Shown: positions 26,096-37,375 of the stretch, in pieces
How the letters are laid out: each line of letters opens with the position of its first letter
How positions within the stretch are numbered: the first letter of the stretch is position 1
NCBI RefSeq assembly: GCF_001194135.2
Contig: NC_068984.1
Coordinates: forward strand, 134,727,700-134,771,374
Length of the DNA: 43,675 nucleotides
Direction of reading: 5' to 3'
From: Octopus bimaculoides
Lineage: Eukaryota
Program-made: the position numbers and the translations under genes
Notes under the pieces: generated by a model
Seen by the model: the letters and a program-made list of their open reading frames with translations, nothing else
What the model was told of the DNA's origin: nothing
The model's database searches: none

Positions 26096-26469
26096 CTGCA
26101 ATTGAGTAATAATTTTTAATGTAGATATACGATAGCTCTTGTCGTTAGTTTAGATATGACATTATTGTTGAAGATATTGCACAATAGTTTCACTTTTATA
26201 CCACAACATTAGTACCTATTTCTACCATGTCTTTGCTACCAGTGGTGCATTTAATGTCAGGAATAGTAGTGTTGTTAGTATCAATCGAATTGGTGGTGGC
26301 GTTCCAAACCTTAGTGATTATATTAACATTAACTCTTGTTTGTGAATCGGGGATAACAACGGTTTAAAAAGGTGATATTCAGAATCAGCACAGAAAAGGA
26401 TCGGAAACAATACTCCAATTTCTTTTCATGCGAATTTAGAGTTAATGTCAGTTATAAGTATGCTTTTAG

Positions 26470-26596
26470 GTATTCCATAATGAATTCACGATGATCGATG
26501 TTCCATCTAGCAGACTCTACAAACAATTCTACTTCATTTGGCATCCAGTTTTATATGAGCCATGCATGGACATGTTGTGTGCGTCTTTGCAAGCTT
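26470..26596 (+). CDS. Weak candidate exon (phase 0/1)
   Basis: Acceptor ttttag|GTA, then VFHNEFTMIDVPSSRLYKQFYFIWHPVLYEPCMDMLCASLQA, then donor T|GTTAGT just before an in-frame stop. The acceptor tract is short. Confidence 0.3.
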
Positions 26597-27114
26597 GTTA
26601 GTTGAATTGAAAAATGATTACCGGTAGAGGGAAAGGAGAAAATAAATGAAGAGGAAACAAATATGAGATCACTGATCGCTCTATAATGTAACAAGTGCGT
26701 CGTTACGTTAACGTGTATAGCGATGGCCATAATATATTGATTTCTCATTCTGGTACAAGACTGCAGATTTGAGAGGAAATTTGTTGAGTTATGCAGTGAA
26801 TGTTGTTTAGTATATGGATGGTACTTAATTTATCGACCCTGGAATGATAGAACACCTAGTTGACCCAGAAAGGATCTCAGGGTATCGAAAGGTGGAAATT
26901 AAAAAAGAAACGAAATATTTAAGAATTTAGAACGTTGTTCTACATTTTTTATGTCCAAATGTATTACTGTACGTATGACATTTCTATTATAATACGCGCG
27001 CATGTGCGTGTGTGTGTATGTATGTATGTGTGTATTATATACTTACATATATGCATACATATATTTATGCATATATGCATATATGCATATATATATTTAT
27101 GTATGACGCAAGAG

Positions 27115-27515
27115 TATCTTTGTGGTAAGTAGCTTGCTTACTAACCACATGGTTCCCGGTTCAGTCCCACTGCGTGGCATCTTGGGTAAGTGTCTTCTAC
27201 TATAGCCTCGAGCCGACCGAAACTTGTGAGTCGATTTGGTAGGCGGAAACTGAAAGAAGCCCGTCGTATATATGTATATATATAGGTAAGTGGTAGGTTT
27301 GCCTCGATCCTTCAGGGGTTCATTACATAACCTAAACTTCCATACTGACTTATTTCACAAGCTCCACATAATAAAACAACGGCTATCTAGTCCAATGAAA
27401 ATGCTTTTTCTTGTATTTGTTGCTCCATTCTCCAAGTATATATATATATATATANNNNNNNNNNGGCGGTGCTCCAGCTTGACCGCAGTCCAATGACTGA
27501 AAAAAGGAAAAGAGT
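27115..27515 (+). mobile_element. SINE family A with a 150-bp insert in its central (TA)n
   Basis: Head at 27115-27270; TA-flanked insert at 27287-27437; 10-N gap; tail at 27464-27515. Confidence 0.8.
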
Positions 27516-28173
27516 AAAAGAGTATATATATAAAAGTATGTACACACACATATACGTTAAACGCATGCACATATACACAGAAGCATATAGCACAAAAACC
27601 GCATACATCCTACATAAATACACTCACCTGCACGCATATATTTACAGGTAAACAAGACACATACAAATTCCACGCATGCTCGGGCACGCGCACACACAAG
27701 CACAGACTAGTATGCAGTACGCATGCATACAAACATGATACATGCAGACATAATGAAGTAGACCAACGTTATAAAAAAATACTAACACATTTATCTAATC
27801 CTGCGTATGCTACCTGCGACACTTCATCAAGATAAACGAAATAAATGGACATACAGAGATTTCTGACGTATATGTCAGTATTTTCTTGTGATCTTTCTCC
27901 CGCCTTCTCCATTTTTTATCTGCATATCTACAACTGGATCCTGATGAACATGCACGGGTTTTATAACTGTGTACGTTGATAATTAAATTTGAACGCCATT
28001 GGTTCGCGTTATCATCAGTGTGACATATATTTCCCTTTTTAACTTAGAACTTGTAAAGGAAAGAAATGTTGACAAGCATAGATTCTGTGATTTATATATT
28101 GTATACATTTGCATATACACACATACGATTTACACACATATCTGAGTTTGTGTGTGTTTGTATGTGTGTCTGC

Positions 28174-28224
<51 letters not shown>

Positions 28225-28994
28225 NNNNNNNNNNNNNNNNNNNNNNNNNNNNNNNNNNNNNNNNNNNNNNNNNNNNNNNNNNNNNNNNNNNNNNNNNNNN
28301 NNNNNNNNNNNNNNNNNNNNNNNNNNNNNNNNNNNNNNNNNNNNNNNNNNNNNNNNNNNNNNNNNNNNNNNNNNNNNNNNNNNNNNNNNNNNNNNNNNNN
28401 NNNNNNNNNNNNNNNNNNNNNNNNNNNNNNNNNNNNNNNNNNNNNNNNNNNNNNNNNNNNNNNNNNNNNNNNNNNNNNNNNNNNNNNNNNNNNNNNNNNN
28501 NNNNNNNNNNNNNNNNNNNNNNNNNNNNNNNNNNNNNNNNNNNNNNNNNNNNNNNNNNNNNNNNNNNNNNNNNNNNNNNNNATCTCTGCTCTATTTCTCC
28601 CGTTTTCTCTAATTTTCTCTCCCCTCTCTCTCTGTCACTATATATATATATATATGTATGTATACATATGCATATATATGGAAATATACATACACACATG
28701 CATACTTCTTTTATCTCTGCTCTATTTCTCCCGTTTTCTCTAATTTTCTCTCCCCTCTCTCTCTGTCACTATATATATATATATATGTATATATATGATC
28801 GAATTAATTATATTTATGAACACATATTAATTTATATGAATGCGTCTGTCTCTGAGTCTCATTGAAATATATACTATCAAAAGTACAGCATCAGTAAGCA
28901 CTAACATTAAAGACATCTGCATATGATGATGATAATAACAATAACAATAATAATAACAATAATAATAATAATAATGATGATGATGATGATGATG

Positions 28995-29030
<36 letters not shown>

Positions 29031-29051
29031 TTATAATTATAATCGTCGTCG

Positions 29052-29108
29052 TCATGTGATCATCTGTGCCACTATTAATAGCAAGAACCACATGAATACG
29101 AATAACAC
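29052..29108 (-). CDS. Weak candidate terminal exon encoding a hydrophobic C-terminus
   Basis: A strong minus-strand acceptor (tctgtttctgtttttttttgtttttgtttcttcag|) is followed by VLFVFMWFLLLIVAQMIT*. No upstream exon was identified. Confidence 0.25.
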   Translation of the reverse strand: MLFVFMWFLLLIVAQMIT

Positions 29109-29469
29109 CTGAAGAAACAAAAACAAAAAAAACAGAAACAGAGACTGCATCAGCCATATATCTCAGAGCTTGTATCATCAATAAGTTGAACTAGCGATGC
29201 TACCGATCTTGTTTTGGTTGTTGTTGCTGTTGTTACTGCTGTTTATGACTTAGCTGTTGCACATCTAGGTATGTGTTGCACATTGCAGAGTGCCTAGAAA
29301 AGCTAGAGTGAGTTAAGTCGGTGGCGGCATGACGATGAAAAGATAAGACATGTCAGCCAAATCAGTGTTGACTCTGGTCGGAAGAACAGAGAGGAAGGTG
29401 AACAATGGCTGCTGCTAGACTAACACAGCTGTCTATTGATTTCAGCAGCTTTTTTGGATGTGCTGTGTA

Positions 29470-29998
29470 GCTAGAGATTGGGCGGGGTGGCAGCAAAGGT
29501 ATTGACGATGGGGAGGGGGCGGTGGTGGTTGGTTGTGTTGGTGGTGTTGGTGGTGGTGGTGGTGGTAGTGGAGGTGATTATGTTGGAGGTAATGATAGTG
29601 GAGGCGGCGGTGGTTCTGTTGTTAGCGGAGGTTGTGTTGGCGGAGGTTGTTGTGTTGGTNNNNNNNNNNNNNNNNNNNNNNNNNNNNNNNNNNNNNNNNN
29701 NNNNNNNNNNNNNNNNNNNNNNNNNNNNNNNNNNNNNNNNNNNNNNNNNNNNNNNNNNNNNNNNNNNNNNNNNNNNNNNNNNNNNNNNNNNNNNNNNNNN
29801 NNNNNNNNNNNNNNNNNNNNNNNNNNNNNNNNNNNNNNNNNNNNNNNNNNNNNNNNNNNNNNNNNNNNNNNNNNNNNNNNNNNNNNNNNNNNNNNNNNNN
29901 NNNNNNNNNNNNNNNNNNNNNNNNNNNNNNNNNNNNNNNNNNNNNNNNNNNNNNNNNNNNNNNNNNNNNNNNNNNNNNNNNNNNNNNNNNNNNNNNNN

Positions 29999-30029
<31 letters not shown>

Positions 30030-30153
30030 AAGTAGTAGCAGTAGTAGTAGTAGTAGTAGCAGTAGTAGTAGTAGTAGTAGTGGTAGTAGCAGTAGTAATA
30101 GTAGTAGTAGTAGTAGTAGTAGTGGAAGTAGTAGTAGTAGTGGAAGTAGTAGC

Positions 30154-30185
<32 letters not shown>

Positions 30186-31830
30186 AAGTAGTAGTGGTAG
30201 TGGAAGTAGTAGCAGTAGTAATAGTAGTAGTAGTAGTAGTAGTACAGATGGTGATGGTGGTGGTGGTGGTGGTAGTAGTAGTAGTAGTAGTGGAAGTAGT
30301 AGTAGTAGAAGTAGTAGTAGTAGCAGTAGTAGTAGTAGTGGAAGTAGTAGCAGTAGTAGTAGTAGTAGCAGTAGTATATTGAAGGTGGTAGGGGTGATGT
30401 TTTGTTGGTGTTGGTGTTGGTGGTAGTGTTTGTGTTCGTGTAGGCGGTTGTTGTTGGTACTGTGATGATGATGATGATGATGATGACGACGACGTCGTTG
30501 ATGATGATGATGATGATGATATTAGCAGTGGTAGCAATGGTGGTATTAGTGGTGTTGGCGTTTGTTTTTCTAGTGGTGCTGGAAGTGTGTGTTGGTGGTA
30601 GTAGCAGTGATCGCGGCGGCGAAAGCAACGTTTAGGCTGTTGTTGTTAGTGGTGGTGGTGATGACGATTCTTGTTGTTGGTGGCGGAGACAGTATAATGC
30701 AGGATTGGGTATGAAGTTTAAGGCAACACCGTGCAGGTAGTACTGGTGATAGTACTGGTGGTAGTGGTTGTGGTGGTGGTTGTTATGGTGGCAGTAGTAT
30801 TGGGGGTGGTAGTGGTATGGTAGTGAAGGTGGTAGTACTGGTGAAAGTGGTGGTGGTGGTGATAGTAGTGGTGGTAGTGGTTGTGGTAGTGGTGGTAGTG
30901 GTGGTGATAGTACTGGTAGTAGTGGTTGTGGTTGCGGTTGTTATGGTGGTAGTAGTAGTGCTTGTGGTAGTAGTATGGTAGTGAAACTGGTAGTACTGAC
31001 GGAAGTGGTGGTGGTAGTACTGATAATAGTGGTTGTAGTGGCGGTTGTTATGGTGGTAGTATTAGTGGTGGTGGTAGTGATTGTAGTAGTGGAGATGGTA
31101 GTAGTGGTGGCAGTGGTGATTGTGCTAATGTTAAAAATGGTGTGGGATGAGAAGGCGAGGAGGTGTCATGATGGCAGTCGGGTGGTATGTTGATAGAAGT
31201 ATATTGATGTAGTATTGGATGCAGTAACAGGGGTGAGGTTGGAGCTAGTGGTACCAGAGGTAGTGATAAGGTGGTGGCAGAAATGAAGGTGGTAGTGGAG
31301 TTGGCAGTTGTTGTGTAAACCACTGATGGGTGGTGATGGGGTACATGAATTGGGGTAGGCTATATTTCCATGGTAGGGGTGATGGTAGTGGTAATAGTCG
31401 TTGTGGTGGTGGTGGTGGTTGTGTTGATGGTGATGGTGGAGGTAGTGGTTATGGAGATATGGTTGTATGGGTGCTAATTGAAACTATTGTGGTTCTAAGG
31501 TTGGTGTTGTTATTTGGGTGGTAGTGGTGGTGGTGGTAGTGGCCGGTGTTGTACGGTGGTGGTTGCTGTGTGGCAGTGACGTGGGTCGCAAAAAAAAATA
31601 TAGGTTTAGGTAGAACACTTTGGTGGTGTTGGGGAAGGAGCAGCGTGGTGGCGGTGGCGGTGGCGATGAGGATGGTAATGAAATATGGGGAATACAATGA
31701 AGATGGTGGTGGAGGGGGTGGAGATATGATGAAGAGAATAAATATGTGGTTGTGTGTTGATAAAGGATGGGTGGTAGTTTAGTGGTGGCGATAGTATGAT
31801 GGTGAGGTAGTAGTATTGAAAAGACGTTGA
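29470..31830. repeat. Large (GTA/GTG/GAT)n trinucleotide field with a gap
   Basis: About 2.3 kb of G/T-rich 3-periodic sequence, with a near-pure (GTA)n core at 29999-30375. Confidence 0.92.
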
Positions 31831-32074
31831 ATAACAGGGATGAAGAACTTGTTAAATTTCTTCTAAACACTTGAATGAAGTTTTTCTAATTTTCACCTGA
31901 TTATTTTCAATAAATGTTGTTCTCTTGTAGTTTCACATGCTTCTGAACAATATGGTGCTTTTCAAAGGTGGGTTGTGACGTAATACAAGGAGTACGTTAA
32001 TAATAAAGGATTAAAGAACATGGTTTCTTTCGCTAACATTTTTGCGTAGCTCAAAATGCTTCTGATCACTTAAG

Positions 32075-32165
32075 GCAGCGAGCTGGCAGAATCGATAGCA
32101 CGCCGGGCAAAATACTTAGCGGCATTTTATTTGTCATTACGCCCCGTGTTTCAATTCCAACTACT
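32075..32165 (+). mobile_element. SINE family B head, truncated
   Basis: ggcagcgagctggcagaatcgatagcacgccgggcaaaatacttagcggcatttt. Confidence 0.8.
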
Positions 32166-32169
32166 GTAG

Positions 32170-32675
32170 ATTCGCCAATGTCATTTTTATCTTGCAATAA
32201 AATAGGAGTGGATCTGTTGACTAATCTAGGCTGGGTTTTTTTTTATGTAACTTTCTGCATCATTTAGTCCAGTTGGCTGTAGTATACGTCGGCCAGGTTT
32301 AATGAGCCAGGTTTAATGAAATCATAATGGATCACACCTGCGCCAGACCACCAAACATACACTATCAGCTTCTTTTGATGAATTTTGCTTTTTGGACTGT
32401 TTTGGTGGCTCGTCTTTGTCCAACCATTGTGCTCAACATTTACGGATTTGTATTGGATTCATTTTTCATGATATGTTAAAAATTCGATTAAAAAATGATT
32501 CATTTTTGGGACGCGAAAGTAGCATAATGCAGGCTTCCAAATGTTGCTGTTTCTCATTTTCATTGAGTTCATGTGGAACCCACTTATCCAACTTTTTCAC
32601 GTTACGGATTTGAACTAGGTGAGTCAATATTGTTTGCTTGCTAACCCCAAGCAATAGCGATAATTCACGGCTACA
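32170..32675 (-). mobile_element. Mariner (Mos1-like) transposase fragment, degenerate
   Basis: The minus strand gives SRELSLLLGVSKQTILTHLVQIRNVKKLDKWVPHELNENEKQQHLEAC. After frameshifts it continues HQKKLIVYVWWSGAGVIHYDFIKPG...LVNRSTPILLQD. WVPHEL and the VWW..G.IHY block are mariner hallmarks. Confidence 0.9.
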
Positions 32676-32894
32676 CTCTTTTACTTGTTTCAGTCATTTG
32701 ACTGTGGCCATGCTGGAGCACCGCGTTTAATCGAGCAAATCGACCCCAGGACTTATTCTTTGTAAGCCTAGTACTTATTCTATCGGTCTCTTTTGCCGAA
32801 CCGCTAAGTTACGGGGGCGTAAACACACCAGTATCGGTTGTCACGCGATGTTAGGTGGACAAACACAGCCACACAAACACATACACGCACATAC

Positions 32895-32943
<49 letters not shown>

Positions 32944-33098
32944 CGACGGGCTTTCAATTTCCGTCTACCAAATCCACTCACAAGGATTTGGTCGGCCCGA
33001 GGCTATAGTAAAAGACAATTATCCAAGGTGCCACGCAGTGTGACTGAACCCAGAACCATGTGGTTGGTAGGCAAGCTACTTACCACACACCCACTCCT
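32676..33098 (-). mobile_element. SINE family A, full length, abutting the mariner fragment
   Basis: Reverse complement of the full head, microsatellite and tail; highly similar to 10385-10847 and 16075-16295. Confidence 0.92.
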
Positions 33099-34266
33099 TT
33101 TGATATTCGGTTTTGATATTGAAGTCTAAATTATTATCGTCTAACTGTGCAGTCAACGATATTACAGGAATAAGACGGGAAGACTAATGCGTTAATCGTG
33201 AGAAGAAGAATTTTGTTATTCCCTGCCCTCCGGCCACCACTATCACCTCCGATTATGCAGATCTATGATGGGATGTATGTCAACCATTAAGCTTTTATAG
33301 CTATATTATCCAATATATATCCATCTATGAACAAGACGTCCAGGTGTAGTTTAAGAGAGACACGTTTCGCTGATATTTCTTCTAGGCGACGGTACAGTCA
33401 GATAAAGACTCGGTCGTTGACTCGCTGAGTTTGTTTGTAGTTCACTGCGGAATAAACTGAAGATGTTGATGACATTGGCAGAAGCATCAGGAAATCTGTC
33501 GAGGGTGTTTGAGGTGAATTGTAGTAGAGAGTAGACTCCGGTGAGGAATGGCATAAGTCGGATGATTTCTTCACTGGTAAAAGTTGTTGCAAATTTATTG
33601 TCACAGATGTAGTGTCAGAATAGATCCGAGTTACACCAATGTTTATTTAATGCAAATACAGTTTCTTCAAACTGGCGTGTAAATATATTCGTGCCATCAT
33701 AGTTTTCATAATGCCAACGTTAATCTGAGGTAAAGTTCGCCGTGAATATAAGCAGTTTAGAGAGAAGTCATTATCAGGTAGCTAAAGGAAGGTGGTGGTA
33801 CATCCACGCTCCTTTCTATACTTATTATATTCTTTGGTTCGAATATGGGGAAGAAAACGAAGAGATGCTGAAAAGCATATAGGCAATTATTGTGCAGGAT
33901 CACAATCTATAAAGTTTCCCATTCTTAACAATTGAGTATAGAAAGTTGAGAAATGAAAAAGGAAAAACACGCAAGATTTGAAATGAATGAGGCCGAGAAA
34001 ATGTTGATATTTGGAAATAGGGAGAAAAAAATTTACAATGTAAGCTTTTGGAGATATTTTGGAAACACGGTGAATAGAATAATTTACATTGGTGGGGTCA
34101 ATAGAGCGACGAACCAGATTATTATGTTTGAGAATTTGGGGAGTTAGTTGTTCATAGTGGCGGAGCGGTGAGTATTCAATATAAGGTGATTAGCCGTGAG
34201 AGAATGCAGAGTTAAGGGATAAGTGAATTAACAGAGACTGGATAAAATTTGTAGATGGTTAAAGAA

Positions 34267-34446
34267 AGGCGCAGGCGTGGCTTCGCCGAGGCGCAGGCAT
34301 AGCTGTGTGGTAAGAAGCTTGCTTCCCAACCACATAGTTCCAGGCTCAGTTCCATTACGTGGTACGTTGGGCATCTTCTACTATAGCCTCAGGACGGCCA
34401 AGGCTTTGAGTGGATTTGATAGACAGAAACTGAAAGAAGCCCGTTC

Positions 34447-34487
<41 letters not shown>

Positions 34488-34680
34488 ATTTATGATGTTT
34501 GGGTGTTTACGTCTCTGTTACCTAGCGGTTCGGAGAGAGAGAATGATACAATAAGTACTAGGCTTACAAAGAATAAGTCCTAGGGTCGATTTGTTCGACT
34601 AAAAAACCCCTTTAACGCTGTGTTTCAGCATGGCCGCAGTCAAATGACTGAAACAAGTAAAAGAGTAAAAGAATAAAAGA
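34267..34680 (+). mobile_element. SINE family A, full length, with its first ~16 nt duplicated
   Basis: aggcgcaggcgtggct-tcgccg-aggcgcaggcatagctgtgtgg..., with the tail ending gactgaaacaagtaaaagagtaaaagaataaaaga. Confidence 0.9.
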
Positions 34681-35867
34681 ATTTATATTTTGCTGTAAAG
34701 TTGTTCGTCGAAGTATCGAAAGAGTTTACCGTGGTGTTTTTTCAGCAGTATTTGATAAACGAGTTTGATAGAAATGTTTCTTAGAATGAACACACATTCA
34801 CATTATGCCTGTCATTTACAAAGTTACATAGAATAACCACATACAAGTACGCAACAGTCCTGTTCTAAAGAGACTTGTACGCTCATAAGCCGAGTGCAAG
34901 TATGTGCACACACGTGCCTACAAACACGCATACATCGACTCACTTGTATCTTCATAAAACCCTGGAACTGTCTTGGCTCAAACAAAAAGCTTCGTCGTTT
35001 GGTTAAGTGACAGGCTTCAATTCTGCGAAGAAGTGAAATCTTGAAGAGAAACACACACACACAGACACACACACACAGACACACACACACAGGCCTGTGC
35101 GCAAAACGGAAACACGCATACGTACAGATATATGTGCACACAAACAAACAAACGGACAGACATACAGACAGATACGCACATACAGACGTGTATCAATATG
35201 TGAAAGTGTGTGGCTATGTTGAAAAATGTGATATAATAATTTAATCAACGGTGAAATTAATTGAACGAAAGAGCACGAAAAGAGTAAAATATAAAAGAAA
35301 TAACGGAAAAAAAGAAGACAAAACGTCTGTTTACAAAACTACCACATTTAAGGTTTGAATTTGTTTTATATTTGAGTGTATCTTCGGTGGACATCAATCA
35401 ATTTTTCAATTAAAACTCCTTGGCATTATTAAACGTCACTAAAATTGCAGTTCAGGAAATTATTGACATTTTTACTTCTTTTCCATCTACAAAAGAAAAA
35501 CTTCGCGTGATTTTGATTCTGGAAGCGACCTCCTTAACGGGTATAAAGCAACAGGAGATTTTTCAGATGTTTTAACGTCGCTGTTTATTTTTGAGATATA
35601 TACATGTCAGATGGAGTTCTTTTATTAGCCCAAGGCTAGAAATTCGTGTGAGACTGGTATATCGATTGACTGACTACAGTTAATGCCTGATATTATTTAA
35701 TTACTTTACCAAAATTGTAAGGAGCAACAGGCAACATCACCATCAACATCAGCGGAAATTTGTAGTGAGAATATAGAATATAAGAACGCCATATAGTGTA
35801 AAATAGCTTTTAGTTTGTCGTTCTGTTTCCAATATTTCACTCTGTTAATATATGAATACGCATATAA

Positions 35868-36250
35868 GGTGTCGAGCTAGGAGAATCGTTAGCATGCTGG
35901 GCAAAGTGTTTAGCGGCATTTTGTCTGTCTATAGGATCTGAGTTCAAATTCCGCCGAGATCTACTTTGCCTTTCACCCTTTTGCAGTCGATAAAATAAGT
36001 ACGAATTTGTAGTGTCGACGCCCCCCAAGCGAAGAAGTAGGCTCGACCAAGACATATAAACCGAGGTAGTCTGACCGTGGTAGGAGTTGACTGACAGTGG
36101 ACTGACAGTTGAGTAGCCGTCGTGTAGCGGTTGAGCAGAGATCATCCGAAGGTGCTAGACAGCAGTAGCTTGAGGCATAACAGAATTGAACGTTGGTGTC
36201 AATGTAATCGACTCACCACACGCCCGAACTTGCTGGCCTTGTGCAAGAAG
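35868..36250 (+). mobile_element. SINE family B interrupted by a solo LTR
   Basis: The head gagctaggagaatcgttagcatgctgggc...gataaaataagtac stops at 36002 and resumes as gttggtgtcaatgtaatcgact after 36187. Confidence 0.85.
36008..36182 (+). mobile_element. Solo mini-LTR, 175 bp
   Basis: TGTAGTG...CATAACA with an exact TSD GAATT (36003-36007 and 36183-36187) and a TATA-like catataaa at about 36053. Homologous to 8601-8788. Confidence 0.85.
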
Positions 36251-36676
36251 TCACTAAATAAACACACACACACACACACTCACACACACATTAATGTGTA
36301 TGTGTAGAGGGGTTCTTCTTGGGAAAATGCACACGTTATTTACAGAGCGCTATACGTGTTGTGCAAAGATTGTCTTCACTTCAAAGAGCTTCAGACGAAA
36401 GCATCGCTCTGTTATGTGTTACATACAATGGTTGGGTGTAGCGGAGAAAGGCGAAACACCCAATGGGAAATTCCTGAATGGAATTAAGGCATATGCCAGT
36501 GTGGGTAGTAAAATCGTTGAACATCTGCTGCAAAAGGAGACCATCATTCCTTCATTTGTCCAGAGTTGAGAACCTGTATCTGTGTTGTTCATCTTTAAGA
36601 GAATATTTGAGTGATGGCAGGAGTTAAAATCGAGTTGCAGCCACGGAATGAACACAAACACACACACACTCACACA

Positions 36677-36723
<47 letters not shown>

Positions 36724-36834
36724 TAGTATTTATATAAGCCTAAAGATTATAGCGATCACTGTGCAATGACTAAGGAAAACAATCTAATAATGGTGCATAT
36801 AAGCCCTCGACAGAAGAAAAAAAACTAGGCTTTC

Positions 36835-36907
36835 CTCTCCGCGTGGGACTCGAACCCACTTCCCTTTGTTAACGCTACCAACTGTGTTAGCAGTACACCA
36901 GCGAATT
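36835..36907 (-). pseudogene. tRNA-like Pol III cassette in repeat unit 1
   Basis: The minus strand reads cgctggtgtactgctaac...gtgggttcgagtcccacgcgg with a canonical B box (GGTTCGAGTCC), then an oligo-T run about 10 nt downstream. I could not fold a full cloverleaf. Confidence 0.55.
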
Positions 36908-37304
36908 AGCCGCTGGCTTCTGTCAAATTTAAGAACTATATCACTTCGTAGTTGTTTTTTGTAAACAAACTTACTGTGTGCTTTCGATGCGAATGGTTTT
37001 GTTATACGGCGCCGGGTTTTACAATTCTGTAAATAATAATAATGGTATTTATACAAGCGTAAAGCTTATAGCGACCACCGTGCAATGATTAAGGAAAATA
37101 GTCTAATAATGGGGCATATAAGCCCTCAACAGAAAAAAAAAACAATAAGGCTTTTCTTTCAGCATGGGACTCGAATCCACATCCCTGTGTTAAAACCCGG
37201 CGCCGTATAACAAAACGATTCGCACCGAAAGCATATAGACAATTTGTTTACAAAAAACAACTACAAACTAATATAGTTCTTAAATTTGACAGCTGCAGGA
37301 GGTT

Positions 37305-37375
37305 AAATCGCTGGTGTAATGATAACATACTTACCATTACCAAAGGGATGTTGGCTCGAGTCCCACGTGGAAAGG
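37305..37375 (+). pseudogene. tRNA-like Pol III cassette in the inverted unit
   Basis: cgctggtgtaatgataacat (A box) lies at tRNA-like spacing from ggctcgagtcccac (degenerate B box), followed by T8 at 37387-37394. Confidence 0.5.

Noticed and set aside
28582-28800. 131-bp-period direct duplication of a CT-rich segment
   Set aside because: It starts exactly at a gap edge and spans TA repeats, so an assembly overlap artefact cannot be excluded.
29471-30628. Thr/Ser/Tyr/Val-rich ORFs of 260-385 aa
   Set aside because: They derive from (GTA)n plus a 339-nt gap, and the proline-rich end contains a stop. They are kept only as a speculative note under the 29052 finding.
33790-34260. Purine-rich segment with a 64-aa ORF, possible LINE 3' remnant
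   Set aside because: There is only a vague resemblance to RTE C-termini and no motif I can defend.
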